From the NCBI GenBank assembly GCA_036478235.1, contig JAZGDZ010000097.1:33058-97057 (forward strand): a stretch of DNA of 64,000 bases, written 5' to 3'. This document shows, piece by piece, positions 9,472-19,139 of this stretch (the first letter of the stretch is position 1; each line of letters starts with the position of its first letter). Origin of the DNA: Acidimicrobiia bacterium. Its GTDB lineage: Bacteria; Actinomycetota; Acidimicrobiia; Spongiisociales; UBA11373. The position numbers and the translations under genes are program-made. The notes below the pieces were generated by a model, which was not told where the DNA came from, searched no databases, and saw only the letters and a program-made list of their open reading frames with translations.

Positions 9472-12416
9472 GCCACGTAGGCCTCCTGACCCTCGGGCCA
9501 TTCGGGACAGACCAGGCGCACCGGACAACGCTCGCAGTGGGGGCCGGTTCTGGGCTCCCACGCCTCGCCGAGAATTCCGGAGGCGGCGCGGTCGAGCGCC
9601 TCGGCCACTTCGGGCAGGCGGTTGGGATCGAGCGAGCGGGTGAGGATTGAGGCGTGGCGCCTCTTCATGGCTACGGCCGGATACCAGAACTCGGCTCCGA
9701 ACACCGGCGCAGAGCCCGTTGCCCGGAGCCCGAGCACGTACAGACCCAGCTGGAGCGAGACCGCGGCCTCATCGACCGTCGGGTATGAGGTGCCTGTCTT
9801 GTAGTCGACGACGTGGAGACCGTCGCCACGCCGCTCGATCCGATCGATGCGTCCCGTCCAGCGGACACCTCCGAGTTCGAAGTCGATCGGCTCTTCGAAT
9901 CCCGCGGCGGGTCCTTCTCCCGGCCACAGCTCGTAGAGCCGCCTGATGATTCGTTGCGCCCGATTCTTCCACGCCTCCGCCCAGGGGGCGGCTCCGAACG
10001 ACTCCGGGGTGAACGCTTTGTCCAGGGCCAGCAGTGCCTCCTCTGCAGTTGCCCGCAGCTCCTCGCGATCGGCTGCCGCTCGCTCGGCTCGCTCCAGGGC
10101 GGCATGGATCACCGAGCCGAGTTCCTGATAGACCGAACTGCCTCCGTCGACGCGCAGCCGCCGCTCGAACGCGTAGCGGCGGGGGCACCGGGCGTAGGAG
10201 TCGGCCTGGCTGGCGGAGAGCACGGGGTCGTCGTCGAGCAGGCCGGTGTTCGGACCGCGGTCGAGGATTCCGGCGAAGGTCTCCGGCCGACGCGGGCGCC
10301 AATCAGCCGGTGTCGTCAGGGCGGTCACCGCGGCCAGACGATCGGCCAGCGGGAGCAGCGGATCGGCGAGGCGGCGCCGTAGCCAGGCCTCGGCTTCGAG
10401 TGGGGTCGTCGGCTCCGACCACCTCGGGGGAGGGCGGGCAGCTGCCTCCATGGTGCTGCCGGCCACCAGTGGCAGGAATCGGCTGGGAATCCCCTCGCCG
10501 CCGTCGAAACCGGTCGACGTGCAGGTCCACACGACTCGACGGCCGGCCCGACAGATGGCGCTGTAGCCGAGGCGCCTCTCCTCCTGGAGCCGGAAGGTCG
10601 CATATGCCGTGTCGTCGGCTCCGTGCGACGGGGAGAGATGGCGGGCACCGAGCAGTGAGTCCCTCTTCCGGAGGTCGGGCAATACACCCTCGCGGGCGTC
10701 CGCGATGAAGACGACGTCGAACGACAGGCCTCTGGACTGGTGCAGGGTGGTGAGCACGACCCGATCGGGATCGCCGCGGTACTCCAGGAGCGGCGTCGCC
10801 TCGAAGTCTTCGGCTTCGCTCATTCGAACGTAGTCCGCCAGGGTGGCGTCGGGGTCGCGATCGCTGAGACGTGCCAGGGACTGACCGAAGGAGGCCAGGG
10901 CTCTGCGATCGTCGGCCCTGTTGGGTTCGGTGACAATGTCGACGAAGGCGTCGAGCGTGCTCCACAGCCGCCAGAACCCCTCGGCTGCGGTGACTTCGGT
11001 GGCCCACGAGGCCTCGGCGATGAATCGTGTCAGCAGCGCTGGAACGGATGCGGCGGCGAGTGCAGGTTCCCACCCGTCCCGTCGGGCGGCGCGTTCGGCC
11101 TCGCGGACTTGCGAGAGTGTCAGGCCGACGAGCGGGCCCAGCAGAATGCGCCGCATCGCCGACCCAGCCTCGGGCTCGGGACGGGTCGCTGCCCGGACGA
11201 GATCGAGGACGGGACGGATCGCCGGATGGTCGACCAGCCTCGAGTCGGGTCGCTCGTGGGGAATTCGTCGCCGCTCGAGGGCGCGCGACAACTCGGGGAG
11301 AAATCGTCGCTTCGACCTCACCAGCACCGCGATCCGGTCGTAGGGGATCCTGTCGCGTAGCGCGATGCGCTGGATCTCGGAGCCGATCCACTCGGCCTCG
11401 TCCGAGTGCTGGTCGAAGCAGTACGTCTCGACGGCGCCCTCTCCCGGTGCCGGCACCATGGGACCCGCTGCTCCGGGCAGCCCGGCACCCGCCGTGAGGC
11501 GCACCGCCGCCTCGAGGATCCGCTGCGGAACCCGAAACGACGTCGAGAGCACGATGCGGCGCGCCGGTCTTCCCTGGGCGTCGCGGAAGCGGTCGGGAAA
11601 CTCAGCGACGTTGGAGAGTTCGGCGCCGCGGAAGGAGTACACCGATTGGTAGGGATCTCCGGCGGCGGTCACGTTGCCGTTTCCGGCGACGCGCTCGACC
11701 AGGGCCGCCTGGGCCACCGTCGTGTCCTGGTACTCGTCCACCAGGACGTAGCGGAGCCGGTCAGAGAGGCCCGCCCGGACCGCAGGGTCGTCGAGCAGGC
11801 GAACCGCTTCGGCCTGAAGGGATCCGTAGTCGATCCGTCCCCGCTCAATCAGCGTCCGGCGGTAGCGGGCCAGGAACCCGGGAAGACCGCGCCAGTCGGC
11901 CCGCTTCCGAGCGGCGATGGTCGTCGCATCCTCGAGCCGCTCGGAGGCGCGCAGCACGAAGTCGGCGACCTCATCGGCGAAGGCCTGATCAGTGAGAATC
12001 TCGCGAAAAGACCGGGGCCAGCCCCCGGGATCTTCGCCGGCGAGCACCTCGGCCACCAACTGGACCTGCTCGGGCCCTGTGAGGAGTGTCGGAACCGACC
12101 CCCACTCGCCGGCGACCCCGTGTGCCTCGATGATCCTCATCGCCAGGGAGTGGAACGTCGATGCCGGGATCTGCGAGACGGACCGGCCCAGGGCCGCTGC
12201 GATCCGATCGCGCATCTCGGCGGCGCCGCGCCGCGAGAACGACAGCAGCAGGATTTGTTCCGGATCGGCCTCGCCGGACTCGATGATGTGGCGGGCGCGC
12301 CTGATCAAGAACTCCGTCTTGCCCGATCCGGGCCCGCCCACGACGAGCTGCGGACCCTTCGTCAGCGGAATTACGCCGTCCCATCCATTCGGATGCACCA
12401 GCATGTCGGGAGTCAC
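9468..12416 (-). CDS. adnA: AdnA-type helicase-nuclease subunit
   Basis: VVGGPGSGKTEFL Walker A; C-terminal HVVDYKTG nuclease motif and CERCPVRLVC cluster; immediately upstream of adnB as in mycobacteria. Confidence 0.8.
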   Translation of the reverse strand: MTPDMLVHPNGWDGVIPLTKGPQLVVGGPGSGKTEFLIRRARHIIESGEADPEQILLLSFSRRGAAEMRDRIAAALGRSVSQIPASTFHSLAMRIIEAHGVAGEWGSVPTLLTGPEQVQLVAEVLAGEDPGGWPRSFREILTDQAFADEVADFVLRASERLEDATTIAARKRADWRGLPGFLARYRRTLIERGRIDYGSLQAEAVRLLDDPAVRAGLSDRLRYVLVDEYQDTTVAQAALVERVAGNGNVTAAGDPYQSVYSFRGAELSNVAEFPDRFRDAQGRPARRIVLSTSFRVPQRILEAAVRLTAGAGLPGAAGPMVPAPGEGAVETYCFDQHSDEAEWIGSEIQRIALRDRIPYDRIAVLVRSKRRFLPELSRALERRRIPHERPDSRLVDHPAIRPVLDLVRAATRPEPEAGSAMRRILLGPLVGLTLSQVREAERAARRDGWEPALAAASVPALLTRFIAEASWATEVTAAEGFWRLWSTLDAFVDIVTEPNRADDRRALASFGQSLARLSDRDPDATLADYVRMSEAEDFEATPLLEYRGDPDRVVLTTLHQSRGLSFDVVFIADAREGVLPDLRKRDSLLGARHLSPSHGADDTAYATFRLQEERRLGYSAICRAGRRVVWTCTSTGFDGGEGIPSRFLPLVAGSTMEAAARPPPRWSEPTTPLEAEAWLRRRLADPLLPLADRLAAVTALTTPADWRPRRPETFAGILDRGPNTGLLDDDPVLSASQADSYARCPRRYAFERRLRVDGGSSVYQELGSVIHAALERAERAAADREELRATAEEALLALDKAFTPESFGAAPWAEAWKNRAQRIIRRLYELWPGEGPAAGFEEPIDFELGGVRWTGRIDRIERRGDGLHVVDYKTGTSYPTVDEAAVSLQLGLYVLGLRATGSAPVFGAEFWYPAVAMKRRHASILTRSLDPNRLPEVAEALDRAASGILGEAWEPRTGPHCERCPVRLVCPEWPEGQEAYVA

Positions 12417-12489
12417 CTCCCAACCGTACCGAAGAGCACCGACAGGTCTCCGCGGGCGATTAGATTTACAGGCGCCGATCGGAGATCAG

Positions 12490-13773
12490 GTGGAGAAAGC
12501 GGTTCTCGACGACGTCATGCGCGAGTGGGACTCCCCGCTGTACGCCGAAGCCGTCACCACCTTCAACCGCGTCGCCGAGTTGATGGGCCTGGACGAGAAC
12601 GTGGCCGAGCGCCTCCGGGTGCCGCAGCGGGCGATAGTCGTCACCTTCCCGTACCGCCACGATGAGTACTCCGAAGTCGAGAGCGTCTTTGGATACCGGG
12701 TCCAGCACGTTCTCACGATGGGCCCGACCAAGGGCGGGATTCGATTCGCCCCCGACGTCAACCTGGGCGAGGTCGCCGCCCTCGCCATGCTCATGACCTG
12801 GAAGTGCGCCATCGTCGGTCTTCCGTTCGGGGGCGCAAAGGGCGGGGTCCGGATCGATCCCTTCAACCTCTCCCGGGCCGAGAAGCAGCGCGTGACGCGG
12901 CGCTACACGGCGGAGATCATCAATTTCATCGGTCCTAACAAGGACATCCCGGCGCCGGACATGGGAACCGACGAGCAGGTGATGGCCTGGATCATGGATA
13001 CCTACAGCCAGCAGGTCGGCCACTCAGTGCCGGCGGTGGTCACCGGCAAGCCGCCGGCGCTTGGAGGCTCGGTGGCTCGACGCGAGGCCACGGGGCGAGG
13101 GCTGGTGAGCCTGCTCCCGCTCGCCGCCGAGTACCGCGGTCTTAAAGTGGACGGGGCCCGGGTCGTAGTTCACGGTTTCGGCAACGTCGGCAGATACGCC
13201 GCGCTTGCCGCCGAGGAGCACGGATGCACGGTCGTCGGCATCTCCGACCACACCGGCGGAGTGTCCAACGGCAGCGGGATCGACGTGGCGGACGCGATCC
13301 GCCATAAAGAGGGCAACAGGACTCTCGAGGGCTTTTCCGGGGGCGACCACATCAGCAACGAGGAGTTGTTCCGCCTCGACTGCGAAGTGCTCATCCCGGC
13401 GGCGATCAGCGGGGTCATCACGCCGGAGGTGGCTGAGAACCTCACCGCCAGCATCGTGCTGGAGGGAGCGAACGGCCCCACGACGAGCAGTGCCGACCCG
13501 ATCCTGAGCGACAAGGGGATTCTCGTCGTTCCCGACGTGCTGGCCAACGCCGGCGGGGTAACCGTGTCGTACTTCGAGTGGGTTCAGGATCTGCAGAACT
13601 ACTTCTGGTCGGAGACCGAGATCGTCGGCCGGCTGCGCGAGATCATGAACCGGGCATTCAGCGATGTGATGTCGGTGGCGATTCGCGAGAAGACCGATAT
13701 GCGCACGGCGGCCCTGATGAAGGGGATCAAGCGGGTGTCAGACGCCAAGCTGGCGCGCGGCGTCTTCCCCTAG
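12490..13773 (+). CDS. gdh: NAD(P)-specific glutamate dehydrogenase (Glu/Leu/Phe/Val dehydrogenase family)
   Basis: GPTKGGIRF, KCAIVGLPFGGAKGG, GFGNVG Rossmann motif; GTG start at 12490 in frame. Confidence 0.85.
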   Translation: MEKAVLDDVMREWDSPLYAEAVTTFNRVAELMGLDENVAERLRVPQRAIVVTFPYRHDEYSEVESVFGYRVQHVLTMGPTKGGIRFAPDVNLGEVAALAMLMTWKCAIVGLPFGGAKGGVRIDPFNLSRAEKQRVTRRYTAEIINFIGPNKDIPAPDMGTDEQVMAWIMDTYSQQVGHSVPAVVTGKPPALGGSVARREATGRGLVSLLPLAAEYRGLKVDGARVVVHGFGNVGRYAALAAEEHGCTVVGISDHTGGVSNGSGIDVADAIRHKEGNRTLEGFSGGDHISNEELFRLDCEVLIPAAISGVITPEVAENLTASIVLEGANGPTTSSADPILSDKGILVVPDVLANAGGVTVSYFEWVQDLQNYFWSETEIVGRLREIMNRAFSDVMSVAIREKTDMRTAALMKGIKRVSDAKLARGVFP

Positions 13774-14561
13774 GCGACACTCAAGGCGCGGCTGGCATCG
13801 GGCGCATCCGCGAACGCCGGACAGATCTCCTGGAACGAGCACCAGTCGCACAGCTTGCCCACGCGCGTCGGGAAGCGGTCCTCCTCGATGGCGCGGTCGA
13901 TCGCCGCCCACAGAGCCCTCAGCTGCCTGTCCATGGCATCGAGTTGGGCATCCGAGACGGGGATCTCGTAGACCGTGGGACCGTTGAGGTAAATGAGCTT
14001 GACGGCATCCGGGGTGCGTCCGGTGCGGCGTCTGATCAACAGCGCGTAGATCTTCAGGGCGAAGAAGGCCGGGATTGCATAGCGCTCAGGGGGCGCCTTC
14101 CCAGTCTTGTAGTCGGTAATGACCAGTCGTCCGTCCGGTGTCTCCTCCATGCGGTCGAGGATGCCGCGAATCGTGATCCCGTCGAGATCCTCGAGCATGT
14201 CGAGCTCGCGGTCGAGCGGATCGAATGTGGACGGGTCCTCCACCGAGAAGTAGTTGGCGAGGAGCTCGAGGCTTTCGATTCCCCAGGTCCGCTCGTCTTC
14301 GACCGACTCGAACAAGCCCTCGAATTCGTCCTCGGTGCGCAGCTCGGCCCATGCGGCGCGGAACAAGTCGTACAGGATCTCGGGCGTTCGGCCTGCGGCC
14401 GGGAGATCGAAGAGGCGTTGCAGGGCGAGGTGGGCGGTGGTGCCGCGGGCCTGATAGACCGTCGTCGGCTCGGGCAGCCGGTCGATGGCGCGGAACTTGA
14501 AGAGCTGGGGGCAGTGCTTGAAGTCGCCTGCCCGGCTCGGTGAGAGAGTCTCCAGTCCCAT
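13770..14561 (-). CDS. RecB-family PD-(D/E)XK exonuclease (Cas4-like single-domain nuclease)
   Basis: ITDYKTGKAP motif and C-terminal CDWCSFQEIC cysteine cluster. Confidence 0.7.
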   Translation of the reverse strand: MGLETLSPSRAGDFKHCPQLFKFRAIDRLPEPTTVYQARGTTAHLALQRLFDLPAAGRTPEILYDLFRAAWAELRTEDEFEGLFESVEDERTWGIESLELLANYFSVEDPSTFDPLDRELDMLEDLDGITIRGILDRMEETPDGRLVITDYKTGKAPPERYAIPAFFALKIYALLIRRRTGRTPDAVKLIYLNGPTVYEIPVSDAQLDAMDRQLRALWAAIDRAIEEDRFPTRVGKLCDWCSFQEICPAFADAPDASRALSVA

Positions 14562-14576
14562 GCCCCGGACTATACG

Positions 14577-15749
14577 TCAGCGGAGTGACACGCGTGTAGT
14601 TCGTCGGCGGATGTCACCCTCCCAGACCGCGAACACGATCCCTCCGACGAGAATCCATCCTGCGGCCGTGAAGAACATGGTCTTGTACGAGAAGAGGGCT
14701 ATCAGCGCTCCAAATGTGGGGCCGCCGACCAGCACGCCCACGTCGAACAGCCCGGTGAAGATGGCAGATGCCGAGCCGCGGTTCTTCGAGTCGGCCCGGC
14801 CGAAGGCGAGAGCGTAGAGGATCGGGAACACGTAACCGTGGCCGGCGCCGCACAGGGCTCCGGCGACGAGGACCGCCGTGTTGGAATCGGCACCGGCCAG
14901 CACCGCAAATCCGGCGGCAAAGACGACCAGTGCCGGGTAAAGGATCCGCTTCGGCCCGACGCGGTCCGGGAGCCAACCCGTGGCGAGCCGCAGCAGGATG
15001 GCGGTGGCCGAGTACGCGGCAAAGAACCCCCCGACGGTCCCGATGCCGGTCTCGTCGACGAACGTGCGCAGGAACGTGAAATAGGCGGCGAGAGCGACCG
15101 AGAACACCACCGTGATCCACCACAGGGGCAGCAAGTCGCGCTGGCCGAGGGGGGTGAGGAACGACGTCCCTCCGTGCTTTCCTGCCGGTTCCACCGTCTC
15201 GGTCAACAGCAGCGACAGGAGGAATGCGACGACGGCGAGGGTCACCGACGTGGCGAACAGCGCGTCGAAGTCCCAACGGTCGAGCACGAAATCGCCGATC
15301 AGGCCGCCGAGGGCGATCGGGAGCATGCCCGAGATCCCGAAGAGGGCGAGCCCTTGAGTGCGGTTGCGCGCCGGGAGGATGTCGGCCGCATAGGTGAAGA
15401 TCGAAGCGAAGAGCATTGCCTCGGCGAACCCGTGGAGTATTCGGACGACGTATATCCAGGGCCCGAGCGAAGAGATCGTCAGGTACAGGAGGAGGACTGC
15501 GATGTTGCTGAGCCCGCCGAGGAGGATGACGGGCCGGCGGCCGCGGCGGTCCATCTCCCGGCCGATCTGGGGCCGCACGACGATTGCGGCCAGAGCGGTG
15601 GATCCGACGATCAACCCGATTTCCACCTCGGACGCGCCGAGGTCCTCGATGAATCTCGGAAAATGCACCAACAGGAAGAAGGCGAGGCCGCCGGCAAGGC
15701 TCACGAACCAGGCCATCAGGAAGCGGGGGCTGAGGAGAAAGGCCTGCAT
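14577..15749 (-). CDS. MFS transporter
   Basis: About 12 predicted TM segments; GREMDRRGRRP loop motif. Confidence 0.8.
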   Translation of the reverse strand: MQAFLLSPRFLMAWFVSLAGGLAFFLLVHFPRFIEDLGASEVEIGLIVGSTALAAIVVRPQIGREMDRRGRRPVILLGGLSNIAVLLLYLTISSLGPWIYVVRILHGFAEAMLFASIFTYAADILPARNRTQGLALFGISGMLPIALGGLIGDFVLDRWDFDALFATSVTLAVVAFLLSLLLTETVEPAGKHGGTSFLTPLGQRDLLPLWWITVVFSVALAAYFTFLRTFVDETGIGTVGGFFAAYSATAILLRLATGWLPDRVGPKRILYPALVVFAAGFAVLAGADSNTAVLVAGALCGAGHGYVFPILYALAFGRADSKNRGSASAIFTGLFDVGVLVGGPTFGALIALFSYKTMFFTAAGWILVGGIVFAVWEGDIRRRTTRVSLR

Positions 15750-15849
15750 TCGGAGAGGAGCGTATCGGGTCGCGCTCTGTGGTCGGAACCTCCCGCAAAA
15801 AACCGAAATGAGACGCGAAATCTAGATACAGATTCCACTTGACGAACGC

Positions 15850-16150
15850 CGGCCGGAAGCGTACCTTTCCCTCACTCCTCCTCGGAACCGCAAGGGGACG
15901 GGGAGGCGGCCCCGGGGTTTACCCCCGCAAGGGGGTCGCCGGAGAGGGTCTTCGGGCTCACTTCGGTGCCACGGGGCCACGGCTTGAAGCCGGGCTTGCT
16001 CGGCGGAGAGTGACCGGCACGGCAGCAATGTCGCATCGGTTGCCCCCTGAGGGATTGTTCCGCAAGGTGCAGTTCAGCAGGGGGACATGAAACCCCTAGG
16101 GGTCGAAGCTTCGGCGGAGATTCCTGGGGGTTTCACCTATTCCGGGTCGG
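15850..16150 (+). ncRNA. Candidate structured RNA of unknown class (cluster of GCAA-capped hairpins)
   Basis: Three CCGCAAGG hairpins including the perfect CCCCCGCAAGGGGG, plus GGGGTTTAC/GTAAACCCC-type complementary runs; no ORF with coding character. Confidence 0.25.
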
Positions 16151-16282
16151 GATGCCTTTCTCGGGCGGGGCCTTTCTCAGGCGGGGGCCCTGCGGGGTGG
16201 TGACCACCACGAGTTCCGTGCCGCGGGCGATCATGCGGTCGATCGCGGCAGGGCAGCTTGCGGCGATCGATGTCGGTGGTCG

Positions 16283-16488
16283 TCAGGAGGCGGCCGTCAC
16301 CGCGAGGCGCAGCTGTTCGAGTGTCGGCGATCCCTCGACGCCTCCTGCGGTGCGATAGACACGGCAGGAGAGGCCCACGGGAGCGTCGGGATCGGCGAAC
16401 GGGTCGACCCCGTCTATGAGCACTGTCGGCGAGCCTCGAAAGCCGAGTTCGTCGGCGAGCTCTGGAGTGTCCTTCGCCGTCGGATCAC
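16283..16488 (-). pseudogene. Possible thioredoxin-fold (Thioredoxin_3-like) gene remnant lacking its N-terminus and start codon
   Basis: Frame reads PELADELGFRGSPTVLIDGVDPF...SPTLEQLRLAV with an in-frame stop immediately upstream and no CxxC part. Confidence 0.25.
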
Positions 16489-16599
16489 TTCATCCATGGG
16501 CTGCCTCCCCGGGAGAGTCGAGGCCCCACTCGACGGTAGGCCGTCGAGTCACGAGAGTGTCAAGGGCTTCTCGACGTCTGTCCGTCGGTTGTCCGAACC

Positions 16600-17007
16600 T
16601 CAGTCGGCGGAGGGTCCCACCACGAGTCCGCCGAGCGCCGCCATCAGCGCGTCGAGTCGCTCGTCGACGATCGAGTAGTAGGACCATTTACCGCGCCGTT
16701 CTCGCTCGATGATTCCCGCATCGACCAGCGACTTGAGGTGGTGGCTGATCGTGGACTGGGCGAGATCGATGTGGCGCTCGACGTCGACGACACAGACCGG
16801 CTCTGCAGTGACGGACAACAGATGCAGCATGGCCACCCGGTGTGGGTCTCCCAGCGCCTTGAAAGCCGAGGCGAGATCGGAGCTGCGCCCTGCATCGAGC
16901 GGTTCCACCCGAATGGCAGCGCATGCCGCGCCGTCGGGGTCGGTGCATTCGCATGTCATCTGTTGGGTTTGCGTCACACCGCCTCCAACCCGGGAATGGA
17001 TCGACAT
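16600..17007 (-). CDS. ArsR/SmtB-family metalloregulator (possible mer regulator)
   Basis: HTH LAQSTISHHLKSL; N-terminal MTCEC cysteines; divergent from the PNPOx-merB pair. Confidence 0.85.
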   Translation of the reverse strand: MSIHSRVGGGVTQTQQMTCECTDPDGAACAAIRVEPLDAGRSSDLASAFKALGDPHRVAMLHLLSVTAEPVCVVDVERHIDLAQSTISHHLKSLVDAGIIERERRGKWSYYSIVDERLDALMAALGGLVVGPSAD

Positions 17008-17056
17008 GTGTCGATGGTTTCTCCCATCGACACTTTTCGATGGGAGATTCTCTCAC

Positions 17057-17482
17057 ATGAAGCAACCGATGACCAAGGACGAATTGTTCCGGTTCCTCGA
17101 CGAGCAGCCCCGCATCGGGAGGCTTGCCACCGTATCGCTCGAGGGCGATCCGCATGTGGTGCCCGTGTGGTTCCGGACCGACGAGGGCCGGGTCCTCGTC
17201 CACACGATGGCGGCCATGCGGAAGGCTCGCAACGTGGCGGCCACCGGCCGCTTTGCGCTCACGGTCGACACCGACGAGTGGCCGTACCGCGGTGTGACGA
17301 TGCGCGGTCCCGCCAGGGCTGTCGGCACAGAGGAGATGGACCACCGGTTTATCGAGGATCTTGCGGTGCGCTACCTGGGTGAGGAGCACCGACCGATGGG
17401 CCGCTACATGGCCGATCTCCCACAAGAACACGCCACGCTGGTGCTCGAGCCCGAGTCCTGGCATGCCTTCGACTACAGCTAG
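17057..17482 (+). CDS. Pyridoxamine 5'-phosphate oxidase-family (PPOX class, possibly F420-dependent) protein
   Basis: RIGRLATVSLEGDPHVVPVWF split-barrel motif; ATG at 17057 in the ORF frame. Confidence 0.75.
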   Translation: MKQPMTKDELFRFLDEQPRIGRLATVSLEGDPHVVPVWFRTDEGRVLVHTMAAMRKARNVAATGRFALTVDTDEWPYRGVTMRGPARAVGTEEMDHRFIEDLAVRYLGEEHRPMGRYMADLPQEHATLVLEPESWHAFDYS

Positions 17483-17496
17483 AAAGGGAACCTCAA

Positions 17497-18204
17497 ATGA
17501 CCACCACACCCCAGGAAACCGGCACGCACGAACTCGGCGGCGGCTGCTGCACGACCGCCGATCCCGGCGCCGTCGGCGGCGAAGCGCTCGAAGAGTTGCG
17601 CCGGGAGGACGAGACCCCGGCCGACGTCGCTGCCGTTCGTGCGGCGGGCTTCCGCCTGCTATTCGAGACCGGCCGGCCGGTCACCGTCGACGATCTCATC
17701 GACGCTACGGATGTCCCCGCGGCGCGAGTGACCAAGATCTTCGAATCGGTGCGCGCCCGCGGCCGGGTCGAGTTCGACGACCAGGACAGGCTGATAGGTA
17801 TCGCCGGTCTCACCCTCACGCCGGGACGCCACGAGTTGCAGCTCGACGGCGCCACCCGCTGGACCTGGTGCGCCCTCGACGCCGTCGGGATCCTGGGGGC
17901 GCTCGGCGCCACCGGGACCGTCCGTTCGACCGATCCCCAGACCGGGGCTGCGGTCGAGATTCCATTCGTGGAGGGGAGGGCCGACACCGACGCCCACCTG
18001 TTCATCCTCGACGGGTTCACCGAGGGAAACGTCCGCGAGGATTGGTGCCCCCGGGTGAATTTCTTCGCCAGCCGTGGCGCCGCCGAGCAGTGGATCGGTA
18101 AGCGCAACCTGCGAGGTGACATAGTTGCCGTCTCCGAGATCGTCGACGATGCCGCCTCGATGTGGCGTCCCGTCGTCGAACTCGATGCGCCTCAGGTCTG
18201 CTGA
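17497..18204 (+). CDS. merB: Organomercurial lyase MerB
   Basis: TRWTWCALDAVGILGALG and EDWCPRVNFFAS align to the MerB catalytic Cys96/Asp99/Cys159 regions. Confidence 0.8.
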   Translation: MTTTPQETGTHELGGGCCTTADPGAVGGEALEELRREDETPADVAAVRAAGFRLLFETGRPVTVDDLIDATDVPAARVTKIFESVRARGRVEFDDQDRLIGIAGLTLTPGRHELQLDGATRWTWCALDAVGILGALGATGTVRSTDPQTGAAVEIPFVEGRADTDAHLFILDGFTEGNVREDWCPRVNFFASRGAAEQWIGKRNLRGDIVAVSEIVDDAASMWRPVVELDAPQVC

Positions 18205-18241
18205 AGCACTTCGCCGGAAACTCAGCCCTGCCGGCACTCCG

Positions 18242-18994
18242 CTAGCGGCGTAGCGCCTCGTCGAGTCCGACGCTCACCCCACTGGTCGTTTCCACGTGGC
18301 GGATTGCCAGCAAGGCGCCGTCGACGAACGAGTCGTATGAGGTACCGGCATGTGTTATCGACAGTCGTTCGCCGCTCTTGCTGAAAGCCACTTCCTGAGC
18401 CGAGAGGGTCGCCTCCATCCGAAGCGAATGAATGCGGATTCCCTCGACCGAACCGCCGCGCGCTCCGGCGACAAGCTCGGACGACTCGTCGAAGGACGAT
18501 CCGCCTGCGGCGGCGATCCGGGCCGCGGTCGCGATCGAGGTGCCCGATGGAGCGTCCGGCTTGTCTTGGTGGTGACGTTCGATGATCTCGACGCCCGTGA
18601 AGTGGGGTGCCGCCAGTTCGGAGAACTGCATCATGAGGACGGCCCCTATCGAGAAGTTGGGGACCACCAGGCACCCCGGGCCGTCGTCGTCCCAGAACGA
18701 ACGGAGCTCGTCGAGGCGTTGCTCGGTGAACCCCGATGTGCCGACGACCGCGTGCAGTCCGGCCGCCCGCCAAGCGCGCAGGTTGTCCATGACCACGGTT
18801 GGCTCCGTTGCCTCGAAGAGCACCTCGCACTCCACCTCGCTGTGTGACGAGGCGATCTCGATCCCGTCGAACCTTTCATCGCCCCGGGTCGGGTTGAACA
18901 GCGCGGTTATCTCCAGGTCCTCGCTGGCCGTGATGCCACGGGCGACCGCGCTGGCCAGCCTGCCGGGAATGCCTGAGATCCCTACCCGTGTCAT
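18242..18994 (-). CDS. dapB: 4-hydroxy-tetrahydrodipicolinate reductase
   Basis: N-terminal Rossmann fold, EIIERHHQDKPDAPSGT (E(L)HH..K.DAPSGTA motif). Confidence 0.9.
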   Translation of the reverse strand: MTRVGISGIPGRLASAVARGITASEDLEITALFNPTRGDERFDGIEIASSHSEVECEVLFEATEPTVVMDNLRAWRAAGLHAVVGTSGFTEQRLDELRSFWDDDGPGCLVVPNFSIGAVLMMQFSELAAPHFTGVEIIERHHQDKPDAPSGTSIATAARIAAAGGSSFDESSELVAGARGGSVEGIRIHSLRMEATLSAQEVAFSKSGERLSITHAGTSYDSFVDGALLAIRHVETTSGVSVGLDEALRR

Positions 18995-19109
18995 CCGTTC
19001 TCCGATCGCGCTCCGGTCACTCTATGGCGCAGGTACCGCGCAGTGATATTCGACCGCTCCAACTCGCGAAAACTGCATTTGAAACGCGAAATCTCGGTAT
19101 CGCCTCGAC

Positions 19110-19139
19110 TTGCACTTCACCGTCGGGAAGTCGTAGATT
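19110..19139 (+). promoter_or_regulatory. Putative sigma-A-type promoter (TTGCAC, 18 nt, TAGATT) firing into the long repeat-containing leader
   Basis: Only AT-rich hexamer pair with sigma-70-like spacing in the 900-bp dapB / PH-protein intergenic region. Confidence 0.3.
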
